Positions 14,822 to 26,581 of a stretch of 64,000 nucleotides of DNA are shown in pieces. The DNA is from the human T2T-CHM13v2.0 reference genome, Homo sapiens: the NCBI RefSeq assembly GCF_009914755.1, contig NC_060937.1; one strand, 5' to 3'. Numbering within the stretch: the first letter of the stretch is position 1; every line of letters begins with the position of its first letter. A program made the translations under genes and the position numbers. The notes under the pieces are model-generated. The model made no database searches and was not told the DNA's origin. It was given only the letters and a program-made list of their open reading frames with translations.

Positions 14822-16527
14822 GGCGGCGGGGCACAGTGGTTCACGCCTGTAATCCCAGCACTTTGGGAGGCTGAAGCAGGAGGATCGCTTGAGTCCAGGA
14901 ATTCAAGACCAGCCGGAGACCCTATTGTGTCCGGAATTGGTGGGTTCTTGGTCTCACTGACTTCAAGAATGAAGCCGCGAACCCTCGCAGTGTTACAGCT
15001 CTTAAGGTGGCGCGTCTGGAGTCTGTCCCTTCTGATGCTCAGATGTGTTCGGAGTTTTTGACTTCTGGTGGGTTCGTGGTCTCGCTGGCTCAGGAGTGAA
15101 GCTGCAGACCTTCGCAGTGAGTGTTACAGCTCTTAAGGCAGCGCGTCTGGAGTTGTTCGTTCCTCCCGGTGGGCTCATGGTCTCGGTGGGCTCATGGTCT
15201 CGCTGGGCTCAGGAGTGAAGCTGCAAATCTTCGGGGTGAGTGTTACAGCTCATAAAAGCAGCGTGGACCCAAAGAGTGAGCAGTAGCAAGATTTATTGCA
15301 AACAGCGAAAGAACAAAGCTTCCACAAAGTGGAAGAGGACCCGAGCGGGTTGCCAATGCTGGCTCGGGCAGCCTGCTTTTATTCTCTTATCTGGCCCCAC
15401 CCACATCCTGCTGATTGGTAGAGCCCAGTGGCCTGTTTTGTCAGGGTGCTGATTGGTGTGTTTACAATCCCTGAGCTAGATACAAAGGTTCTCCACGTCC
15501 CTGTCAGATTAGTTAGATACAGTTTCCACACACTGGTTCTCCAAGGCCCCACCAGAGCAGCTAGATACAGAGTGTCGATTGGTGCACTCACAAACCTTGA
15601 GCTAAACACAGGGTGCTGATTGGTGTATTTACAATCCCTGAGCTACATATAAAGACTCTCCACGTCCCCACCAGACTCAGGAGCCCAGCTGGCTTCACCT
15701 AGTGGATCCCACACCGAGGCTGCAGGTGGAGCTGCCTGCCAGTCCTGCGCCGTGCGCTCGCATTCCTCAGCCCTTGGGTGGTCGTTGGGACTGGGCGCCG
15801 TGGAGCAGGGGGTGGCGCTCGTCGGGGAGGCTCGGGCCGCACAGGAGCCCACGGAGGGGGTGGGAGGCTCAGGCATGGCGGGCTGCAGGTCTCGAGCCCT
15901 GCCCCGCGGGAAGGCAGCTAAGGCTCGGTGAGAAATCGAGCGCAGCGCCGGTGGGCTGGCACTGCTGGGGGACCCAGTACACCCTCCGCAGCCACTGGCC
16001 CGGGTGCTAAGCCCCTCATTGCCCGGGGCCGGCAGGGCTGGCTGGCTGCTCCGAGTGCGGGGCCCGCCAAGCCCACGCCCACCCGGAACTCCAGCTGGCC
16101 CGCAAGCGCCGCAGGCAGCCCCGGTTCCCGCTCGCGCCTCTCCCTCCACACCTCCCTGCAAGCTGAGGGAGTTGGCTCCGGCCTTGGCCAGCCCAGAAAG
16201 GGGCTCCCACAGTGCAGTGGTGGGCTGAAGGGCTCCTCAAATGCCACAAAGTGGGAGCCCAGGCAGGGGAGGTGCCGAGAGCAAGCGAGGGCTCTGAGGA
16301 CTGCCAGCATGCTGTCACCTCTCACTATCTCTACAAAAAAAGAAAAAGAGAAAAAAGAAAAAAATTAGCCAGGCATGGTAGCCTGCACCTGTGGTCCCAG
16401 CTACTCAAGAGGCTAAGGTGGGAGGATTGCTTGAGCCAGGGAGGTCAAGGCTTCAGTCAGCTGTGATTGCACCACTGCACTCCAGCCCGGGTGACAGAGC
16501 AAGACCCTGTCTCAAAAAGAAAAGAAA
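14822..16527 (+). mobile_element. AluJ split by LTR12C (left part 14822-14925, right part 16325-16527)
   Basis: ...gagaccctat [LTR] ctatctctacaaaaaa...attagccaggcatggt. The Alu reads continuously once the LTR and one TSD copy are removed. Confidence 0.9.
14926..16324 (-). mobile_element. LTR12C (ERV9) solo LTR with 4-bp TSD
   Basis: Minus strand TGAGAGGTGACAGCATGCTGGCAGTCCTC ... CCAATTCCGGACACA. Tandem CCAAT (gattgg) modules and CpG-rich U3. TSD CTAT at 14922-14925 and 16325-16328. Confidence 0.95.
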
Positions 16528-17261
16528 TTTGCAAGATCAATAGCTGCCTACTACGGTCTGTGTTTATATGCTTGAAGAAAGAGACTGTATCTGGAACATT
16601 AGGTACCTTTGGGTCAACAGATTATCAATTCAAAATGATCCACTGTCATTTTCTAAGATTCATCTGTCTTTGGCTCAGTCCAGGTAGAAGTGATTAAGGA
16701 TGTGCTAGGAATCACAGCCCAAGCATACATCAGAGCTTCGATGATGGCATTCATCTTTGACATTCCTGAAGGAATGTGGCATTGTTTTCCTTATTGTTGA
16801 AATTCAGGTATAGTTCACATATAGCAAAGTTCAGCTTTTGTAGTCTAGTCTGAGAATTTTGGCATACGCATACAGGCATTTAGCCATCACTGACATCAAG
16901 ACATAGGGCAGGCCTCTATAGCCTCTATAGCCTGGTGCCTCTGTAGCTGACCCCTCCCCTCCCTTAGCTCCCCAACACACCTCTGGTTTCTGTTCATATT
17001 TTTTTCTCTGTCATATAAATGGAATCATATGGCATGCACTGCTTTTTTGGGGTGAGAGGGGGATCTGGCTTCTATTATTCAGCAAAATGCATTTGAGATT
17101 CATGGTTTTGACGTATCAATACTTTGTTATTTCTCATTGCTGGCTAGTATTCCCTTGTAAGGGAAAAACCAAAATTTGTTTATTAGTTCACCAGTTGAAA
17201 GGCATTTGGGTTATTTCCAGGTAGGGGTGATTAAAAGCCACTATAAACATTCATGTATGCA

Positions 17262-17585
17262 GGTAGGCATGGTGGATTATGCCTGTAATCCCAGCACTTT
17301 TGGAGGCTGAGGTGGGAGGATGGCTTGAAGCCAGGAGTTCCAAGACCAACCTGAGCAACTTAGCAGGACCCCAACTCTACAAAAATTAAAAAAATTATCT
17401 GGGCATAGTTGTGCGTACCTGTAGCCCTAGCTAGCTACCCGGGAGGCTGAGGCAGGAGGATCACTTAAGCGCAAGAGTTTAAAGCCACAGTGAGCTATGG
17501 TGGTACCAATGCACTACAGCCTGGGTGACAGAGCAAAAGCCTGTTTCTAAAAAAATAAAAATAAAACAAAAGTAAACCAAAAAAC
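17262..17585 (+). mobile_element. AluJ
   Basis: Diverged dimeric Alu with A-rich tail. Confidence 0.9.
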
Positions 17586-18076
17586 CATTTAGGTATGGGT
17601 TTTGTGTAGACTTATATTCATTTCACTGTAAATATACCTATGAGTGAGTTATCTGGGGCTTTCGGGGAATGTATGTTTAACTTTGGAAAAAACTGCCTAA
17701 GTGGTTTCCAAAGTGGCAGCACTGTTTTGCATCCCCACCAGCAGCATTTGAGAGCGCCAGTGCACCCAACCCTGCTCAGCACTGACACCGTCTTTTTCAA
17801 GCCATTCGTACTCATCACTCATTGTGTTTTCTAATTGACAGCTCATGGTGGGTTTTTTGTGCCAGGTTTGTCGATACGTAATCCATATATGATAGAAGTC
17901 ACCCTTTTAAAGTACAGGCATATCTCTGTTGTTTTACTGTGCTTCGCATATATCGTGGGGCTTTTGTTCAAAATAATTTCGACTTTTACTTTAGACTCAG
18001 GGTACATGTGCAGGTTTATTACATGGGTATATTGTGTGTTGTTGAGGTTTGAGGTATGATTTTTACTGTCACTCAG

Positions 18077-18429
18077 TGATATGGTTTTGCTGTGTCTTCC
18101 CAAATCTCACCTTGAGTGGTAATAACCCCACATGTCAAGGGTGAGGCCAGGTGGAGATAATTGAATCACGGGGGTGGTTTACCCCATACTGTTCTCATCT
18201 TAGTGAATAAGTCTCAAGAGATCTGATCGGATGGTTTTACAAATGAGAGTTCCCCTGCACAAGCCCTCTTGCCTGCTGCCATGTAATACATGACTGTGCT
18301 CCCCATTCACTTTCCACCATGATTGTGAGGCCTCTCCAGCCAGGTGGAACTGTGAGTCAATTAAACCACTTTATAAATTATCCAGTCTCTGGGATGTTTT
18401 TATTAGCAGCGTGAGAACAGACTAATACA
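18077..18429 (+). mobile_element. THE1 (MaLR) solo LTR
   Basis: TGATATGGTTTTGCTGTGTC ... GAGAACAGACTAATACA. 5-bp TSD CTCAG/CCCAG with one mismatch. Confidence 0.92.
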
Positions 18430-18441
18430 CCCAGGTAGTAA

Positions 18442-18828
<387 letters not shown>

Positions 18829-19751
18829 CATTGTTCCTTTCTTTGTGTTCACATGTACCAATGTTTAGCTCTTACTTACAAGTGAGAACACATGGTATTT
18901 GGTTTTCTGTTCCTGTGTGAATTTGCTTAGGATAACGGCCTTCAGCTGCACTCATGTTGCTACAAAGGACATAATTTCATTCTATTTTATGGCTGCATCA
19001 TTGAGGTTTTAGCATGCACTTCCCTTATGACTCTCGATATTGAATACATGCTTATTTGCCACCCACATATCTTCTTTAGTGAAGTGTTTGTTCAAACATT
19101 TTGCCCATTTAAAAAAATGGAGTGCTTTTTTTGTCATTGATTTTGTAGCGTTCTTTACATATTCTGGATACAAGTCCTTTATCAAGTGTATAGTTTGCAA
19201 ATAATAACTCCCAGTGTGTGGCTTGTCTTTTCATTCTCTTACCAGTGTCTTTCAAAGAACAAAGTTTCTAATTTTTCTAAAGGATAATTTATTAATTTTT
19301 TCTTTTATTATATTAGTAAGGCTTTTGGTGCCATATCTAAGTAATCTTCACCTAAACCCAAGATCACACAGATTATTTCCCCCAAAGTTTTCTCTGAAAA
19401 GTTTTACAGTTTCAGGTTTTCCACTTAGGCCTGTGATCATTTTGAGTTGATGTTTTCATGTAGTATGAGAATATCTCCTCATTAATTTAGGTTTTCTTTT
19501 ATCCCTTCCATGTTTTATCACTGTTTTGTCATTTTTTTAGCACACAGATCTTACACATATTTTGTAAAATTTATATGTAATGTATTTCATGTATATTTTA
19601 TCCCCCTAAGTATTTCACAGTTTTTGGTGCTATGATAAATAGCCTTATTTTTTAAGTCTCAATTTCCAATTATTCGTTGGTAGATATAGAAATATGGCTA
19701 ATGTTTTTGTATTGACCTTTTGTTTGGTATTCTAGCTAAACTCATGTATGA

Positions 19752-20360
19752 GTTGAAGAGCTGCAAAAGTTGTCAGGATCAAAATGGAGTCACTTGTGTA
19801 AAAAAAACCCTGACAAACACAGTTGAGGAAGGCCATGAAGAGAAGGTTCATGCATAAATGACTAATAACAAAAACTATCACAAAAGATTCTACGAAAAAC
19901 ACGACCTTGCACAAAGGCCATCACAACCTTATACAAAAAAAATACTTCTGTGAGGACATCTGTCCAGCAACTGCCTATTCAATCTTGGACTGGAGTCATC
20001 CTGTATCCTTACAGCCAAGAACAATAGTCTCAAAACAATTCTGTAGAGCTGAGCACGGTGGCTGCCTATAGTCCCAGCTACTTGGGAGGCTGAGGTGGGA
20101 GGATCACTGGAGCCTAGCGGGTCGAGGCTCCGGTGAGCTGTGATTAGGTCACTGCACTCCATCCTGTGCCACAGGGTGAGACTTTGTCTTTAAAAATAAA
20201 ATAAAATGATGTAACCTTCCTCATTTTTTTCCTTTAAAAATCTTTGTCTTCCTTTACCTCCTTAAATATGCACATAGTTTACTATGATAAGCACACTTAC
20301 TCCTATTGCAATGTCTATTCCCTAAGAAATATAATTTTCTTTTAAAGAGCCTCTTTATGA
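19752..20360 (+). mobile_element. ERV1-class LTR (LTR54/MER34 group, subfamily uncertain) with an Alu monomer at about 20047-20205
   Basis: caggatcaaaatggagtcacttgtg...aactatcacaaaaga...cacatagtttactatg. The monomer has an A-rich tail. Confidence 0.65.
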
Positions 20361-20732
20361 CAGAGCTTTTTTGGGGACGGGGAGATGGTGGCAAATTTTG
20401 TTGGTTTATCTATGCAAACGTCATCTGCAAGTAGAGAGAGTTTTAGTTTTTCTTCCCAATCTATATGCCTTTTATTTCTTTTTCTTTCTTATTCACTGGC
20501 TAGGACATCTAGTACTATATATATATATATTTTTTTTTAAAGCAACAATAGTCTTTATTTTAGCCTGTATGCCTTTTTTCATTCGGGAAGATACATTTAT
20601 AATGCTAAAAACAGATAAGTGATATTGGTTGTAACTGGTGTATTCTAGTACATCAGTTGCTTTCAACATTTTCAGATTGTTACATGTTTTCATATTTTTA
20701 TTCCACATTTATCCTTTATTCTGACTATAGTG

Positions 20733-21006
20733 AACTATCGCAAGAACAAAAAACCAAACACCGCATGTTCTCACTTATAGGTGGGAATTGAACAATGAGA
20801 ACACATGGACACAGGAAGGGGAACATCACACACTGGGGCCTGTAGTGGGGTGGGGGAAGGGGGGAAGGATAGCATTAGGAGATATACCTAGTGTTAAATG
20901 ACGAGTTAATGGGTGCAGCACACCAACATGGCACATGTATACATATGTAACTAACCTGCACGTTGTGCACATGTACCCTAAAACTTAAAGTATAATTTAA
21001 AAAAAA
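20733..21006 (+). mobile_element. young L1PA (L1PA3-5-like) 3' end, part of an inverted transduction insertion
   Basis: Near-consensus L1PA 3'UTR aaaaccaaacaccgcatgttctcac...tgtaccctaaaacttaaagtataat followed by an A-run. Confidence 0.93.
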
Positions 21007-22937
21007 GAACACTTGAGAAAAATCTCAATTTATAATTAAAAAGTTTAAATATTTTTATATATGTATGCAATGAGAAACACTGGAAGAAAACATGCCAAAA
21101 TCATATCAGTAATTATTCTTGGGGTTTGGGTCATAAATATATATTTTCATCCAGTACTATATTAAAAGAAGTGTTTGTCCTTGACCTTAGGGAAAAAGCA
21201 GTTCATTTTTCACCATTCAGTATGACATCAGGTGTAGGTTTGTAGGTAGAAATTCTTTCTTGGATTTAGGAATTACCTTCTAGTTTGTTGAGAGATGGAA
21301 CGATGAAATTTTGTCAAGTGATTTTCTGTGTCTATTGAGATGGTCGTATGGGTTTTCTCCTTTAGTCTGTTGGTAGAATGGATTGAATGGTTTGATTTTC
21401 AAATGCTAAACAGGCCTTGCATTGCAAGCTTTGTGTGAACATAGAAAACAAACTTGGTCATGACATATTGTGGTTTTTTCATATTGCTGGATCTGATTTG
21501 CTAATATTTTGGTGATCTATGTTCAGGAAAGGGTATTGGTTTGAAGTTTTCCTTTACTGTAATGTCTTGGTGTGACCTTGGTACCAGGGTAATGGTAGCT
21601 TGATATACAATGAGTTGGGAAGTGTTTTCTCCTCTTCCCATATTCTGGAAGAGTGTGTTTAAAAGTGGCATTATTTTTTAAACATTTGCTAGAATTCATC
21701 ATTGAAACTATCTGGGCCTGAAGTTTTTTTGTTTTGTTTTGTTTTTTGAAAGGCTTTTAATTAGGGATTTAATTTATTTAATGAATATAGGGCTACTCAT
21801 TGTTTCTTCTAGAATGGGTTTTGTTCATTTGAGTCTTTCAAGTAATTTGTCCATTTAATCTGTTATTTTTGGCACATAACTCCTGTGTTGCTGTTTCTTT
21901 CTGTGAACAAGGCTTCTCAGCACTTACATTGATAAAAATTTTAAAAGGGACAAAATTGGTGATTGTAATGTTGCTCAGTGGTCATTTTGGGCTCCAGTAG
22001 ACATCTAGACTGGTCAGGTGGGCAGCCTTTCCCTCTGGAGGGGGGCACATCTGTTGAGGACTTTGGAGCCCTGTGAGCCTCAGAGATGCTAAGGCAGAGC
22101 CTCTCAAGACACACAGGGTGCAGCAGGCTGGGTGGGTGGCTCCCTGCACTGCAGCCTCCGGCATTCACACCTTCCCAATTCAGATGAAGGGAACCAACCA
22201 GTGCCACTTTCATCACGGACAACATCACCTCGCGACGACACGGCTGACACACACCTGGATACAGCTTTCAGGGGACAGAGCTGGGGAGTCAGCCCAAGGT
22301 CAGGTTTCTGTGGTGAAGAAAAAACTTTAACATAAAAGCTGAACTTTGTTTCACGTCAGCTGTCAGAAATATTTACCCATGGACATATGAACTAATTGAA
22401 AAGTAAAAAAGCCCTATCCATCTCATTTTTATTTTTAATACTGTTATAAAATTGGTATGCTACATTGTTTTTATCAGTCAGGAACTGATAAAAATTATAA
22501 TGATAACAATCTAAAAGAAATGTTTTTGACACTTGGAACTTTATGATCACATTTTAAAAGATATATATTTCTACTTATATATGCATTTTGGCTGCAAAGT
22601 ATGCTAGACTGATTAATAAAAGTCCTGCAGGTATAAAAGTATATTACATTATGATAAATTTGATGGAGAAAATTAGAAATACAATTTTGGGAAAAAAGGT
22701 AAAACGTAAAGTTCAAACTTTTAAAGAACTTGGTGCATTTTAAAATGGATAATGGTGGGGATAAAATTTTTATAGTACAAAAATTCAATACAGTTAAAAG
22801 ATTGATACATTAATGTTTATAATACACTGAAAGTTAAATCCTTTGCAACTATTTTCACTTATGATGAAATCCTTTAGATGTCAATTTAAAAACTGAAAAG
22901 CTATAGTAGTTTTCCATTAGTAAAAATATGAGAGAAA

Positions 22938-23052
22938 GCTGGGTGTGGTGGCGCACACCTATCCCTGCTACCAGGGAGAATGAGGAAGGAAGATTCCTTG
23001 AATCCAGGAGCTTGTGGCCAGCCTAGGCAACATAGCAAGACCTCATCTCTAA

Positions 23053-23104
<52 letters not shown>
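22938..23104 (+). repeat. Alu monomer (FLAM/FRAM-like) followed by a (CA)~24 microsatellite (23056-23104)
   Basis: gctgggtgtggtggcgcacacct...gacctcatctct, then an uninterrupted CA run. Confidence 0.85.
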
Positions 23105-23106
<2 letters not shown>

Positions 23107-24039
23107 GAAGCACTGCTCTAAGGTCCAGCTTTCATGAGTTTAGTGGTTGTATTTGGGGATGTAACTTGAGTCACCCAGCTAAATATAAGTGCTCCATTTA
23201 TTCACTGATAACTACCCTGGGCGGCTCTCAGCCTCAGCAAGGTGGCAATGGGCCTGTGTTGACGCTTCTGTTGTTTTTTTAGTAGTAAATTACAGCAAGG
23301 TTTTAATACGTTAGCTGGAGGGCAGAACATTAAAAATTATTGAGATGTAAAATATACAGGCATGCCAAAAATAATTGTAAACTGTCAACATAAATAAATT
23401 AAAAGTCATATTTTGTGAATCTGCATTTTGGACACGGGTTGCTAGTAAGTTTCTGATATAAAAACCTGTGTACACATCTTAACTTTGCTATATCCTTGTT
23501 ACGAAAATTGTCCACAAAGCTTGAGCATTTTCTATGTAACAGTAGCATCACGGAATTGACGAGTAAGCCCTCCCAACACTTTTATCCATTCTGTCAGCTT
23601 GTCCAGAATGCCGCGGTAATTGTGATATGTGGAATAGAAGAAGAAGTTGATATGTCTGAAAATTGATTTCATCGTGCCTGGGCTTGCCCCGCTCTGCGTC
23701 TGCCACCGCACTTTCCCTGAAGCCCTCATCCCCACTGGCCGCTGGCCCTCTGAAATTGCCAGCCTAGAGGTAGGAGAGTGAGAGGCTGCCCCTCTCAGTT
23801 CATGGCTACAGATGCTGTGGTCGACTGGAATCAGGGAGAGGCCCATGCCAAGGAAAGAGCTGATCCCTGTCTTGATCTCATTTTTGATCCCTAGCCACAA
23901 ACATTAGGTTTGGCTTGTAGTTGACCCACAAAAGCCAGGTAAATGAGTTTGTTGGGAGGAGGAACAGGAGGAGGTGGGATGTTTTCAGCCTGAGGTGGGG
24001 CAGAGTGTCAGGTGGCATGCTGTTGGGAAGCAGTGTCTC

Positions 24040-24456
24040 CGAGAGGGTGTCCCCCTAATTCATAGGTTGAAGCCACAACCCCCAGTGTGACTGTATTTGA
24101 AAATGGGACTTTTAGGAGGTAATTAAGGTTAAATGAGGTTATAAATGTGGGGTCTTAATTCTATGGGCTTGGTTGCCTTGTAAGAAGAGGCAGAGAGAGA
24201 GAGACAGATAGAGAGAAAGTTCCCTCTCTCTTCCTCATCTTATAAGAGGACCGATCTCTCTCTCTCCGTTCCTCTCTCCCCCTCCAGCCCCACCTGCCCC
24301 CTCTGTGAGGACACAGTGAGAAGGTGGCTGTCTGCACCTAGGAATAAGCCCTCACCAAAACCCCACCATGCAGACACCCAGATCTAGGACTTCCAGCCTC
24401 CAGAACTGCGTGAAGTAAATGTGTGTTGTTTAAGGCCATGGTATTTGACTAAGACA
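24040..24456 (+). mobile_element. MLT1A-like MaLR LTR
   Basis: gttgaagcc...cccccagtgtgactgtatttg...gtaattaaggttaaatgagg...ggacttccagcctccagaactg. Confidence 0.82.
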
Positions 24457-26113
24457 GGTGGTAACTTATTTGCAGACACGTTGTTTCAAAGCCTAGACCT
24501 GAATTTTTCAGGACCAGGAGCTACAACCTGGTACTGTGTAGGAAGGTGACGCAAGTGAACCAAACCTCCAACGGACTGATGTATAAATCAGATCGCCAGT
24601 TATGAACTAAGTACAGGGGTCTTGGGGACCAGCCAGTGAGGTCTCTTGCCAGCACAGTGACCACCCCTTGCATCAGCACAGGTGTTGCCTCAAGCATTTC
24701 TGCAGCACAACGAGTGGTACCTGCATGGGCCCCAGTGGGTGTCAGCAGGCTTTGAGGGCATCAGGTGCCCCCACTCCCATGGGCTGGCCAAGTGGATGGT
24801 GGTCTGTGAGCCTGGACATGTCTTCCCCGACCAGTCCTGGCGTCCAAGACGGGTTTTTGCACCTTGCCTCCATTTCCTGCTTCATGCTGACTTCTCCATT
24901 TGGTCAGGATGTTCTTTCTACAGAAAAGAGTCTCCAGTTTATTAATAAGCTGCCCTCAATGGGATGAAAACAGAACGTTACTTTATTCTTTCTCTCCAAA
25001 GCCCCTTTAAACAGATCTGTCCACTCTTTCTCCGCAGGCGTCCCAGAAACGCTCGGAACAGATCTAGGGCACAAGCCTTGGCCTTCCTGGTCGCTGTCAG
25101 GTATGCGCCAAGCATCACAGCGTTTGGGTATGAAACCGCCCAGTCACCCGATGTGAAACCCCCACGACTCCTCTCTCCTCCCCCGCCAGGCTCCGACCTT
25201 GACTCCGGACTGACGCAGTGGGGAGGGGGTGCGGCGTGACTGGCCTCTTCAGCCCCATCTTCCACCTCCCCCAGCACACGCCGCCTCTGGCTCCCCCATG
25301 GAGGGAGAGGAGCGGAGAGAGGTGAAGGCAGGAAGGTTCTCCCCTGCCGTAGAGTTGGCACCTCGGGCCAGTGCAGAGCTTCTGCAGGTTCTCCTGAGAC
25401 GTCCCTGCAGGGATCTCCAGGTTGTAGTTCCCTGATGAGGACGGAGCCTCCTCCAAGTAGCCCTGAATGCCCCTGAACCCCTGGGCATCAGGGATGCCCC
25501 TACTCTCTTTCTGGAGTTGCTGCATCTCTCCCGATATCCGTTTCAGGAGGACCCGGGTCTGGATCCCTCTTACAGGGTCCACGTCCAGCCCCAGGGAGAC
25601 ATGAGCACACCTCATCCCACCATACTCCTAAGGCAGCCTCATGTCTCCCTGCTACCTGTCCCTGCGCCCCCTGCAGATCTGGGGGATGGCATGATGCTCT
25701 GAGGGGTCCCTCAAGCCCCTCTCTTGGCTTGGCGGAGTGAAGCACCCCCTCCTGGTGAGAAGGGAGAGAGCCACAGCGCACCTGCCCTGCCGACCTTGCT
25801 CCCCTGACTGTCCCAGCCCCCATGTCGCCTGGAGGTGGGGAAGGAGGGAAGGCTGGCAGACCCTTCTCATGGGGGCACCTCAGCACCTTATTTTAGAATG
25901 TGGGGTCCCTGAGCACTTGTTTTTATTCATATAACTCAAGGCAGGAAGAGAGTCCTTTAACCCTGTATGCATGCAGAAAAAGGGTATGGAAGGATAAAGA
26001 AAAAAATCTTAGCAGCCATTCTTTCTGGGGAGAAGAGAAGGAAGGGAGGTTTTTAATTGTGCATCTGATTCCTCAGCATGGTTTGAGTCTCTTGCTCTGT
26101 GCTTCATGGCATT

Positions 26114-26581
26114 CTGATCAATTGGAGCAGTTGTGACTGGATAGACTGCTAGCTGATCAATTAGTACAGTCATGATTGGATAGACTGCTAGCTGGTCAAT
26201 TAGAGCATCCATGACTGCATAGACTGTTAGCTGATCAATTAGCACAGTCGTGACTGGATAGACTGTTTGCTGATCAATTAGTGCAGTTGTGACTGGATAG
26301 ACTGTTAGCTGATCATTTAGACCAGTCGTGATTGCAAAGACTGCTAGCTGATCAATTAGCACAGTTGTGACCGGACAGACTGTTAGCTGATCAACTGGAG
26401 CAGTCGTGACTGGATAGACTGTTAGCTGATCAATTGGAACAGTCCTGATTGCATAGACTGCTAGCTGATCAATTAGGGCAGTCATGACCGGATAGACTGT
26501 TAGCTGATCAATTAGTGTAGTTGTGATTGCGTAGACTGCTAGCTGATCAACTAGCACAATCGTGACTGCATAGACTGTTAG
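26114..26581. repeat. 39-bp minisatellite, 12 copies, consensus about CTGATCAATTAGCACAGTCGTGACTGGATAGACTGTTAG
   Basis: Units start exactly every 39 nt (26114, 26153 ... 26543). Substitutions only, no indels. Confidence 0.97.

Noticed and set aside
15643-16368. Overlapping 100-172 aa ORFs
   Set aside because: They lie in the GC-rich U3 of LTR12C, a common source of spurious ORFs.
26114-26581. CRISPR-like palindromic repeat array
   Set aside because: Units are head-to-tail with no unique spacers, there are no cas genes, and the context is primate genomic DNA. It is a minisatellite.
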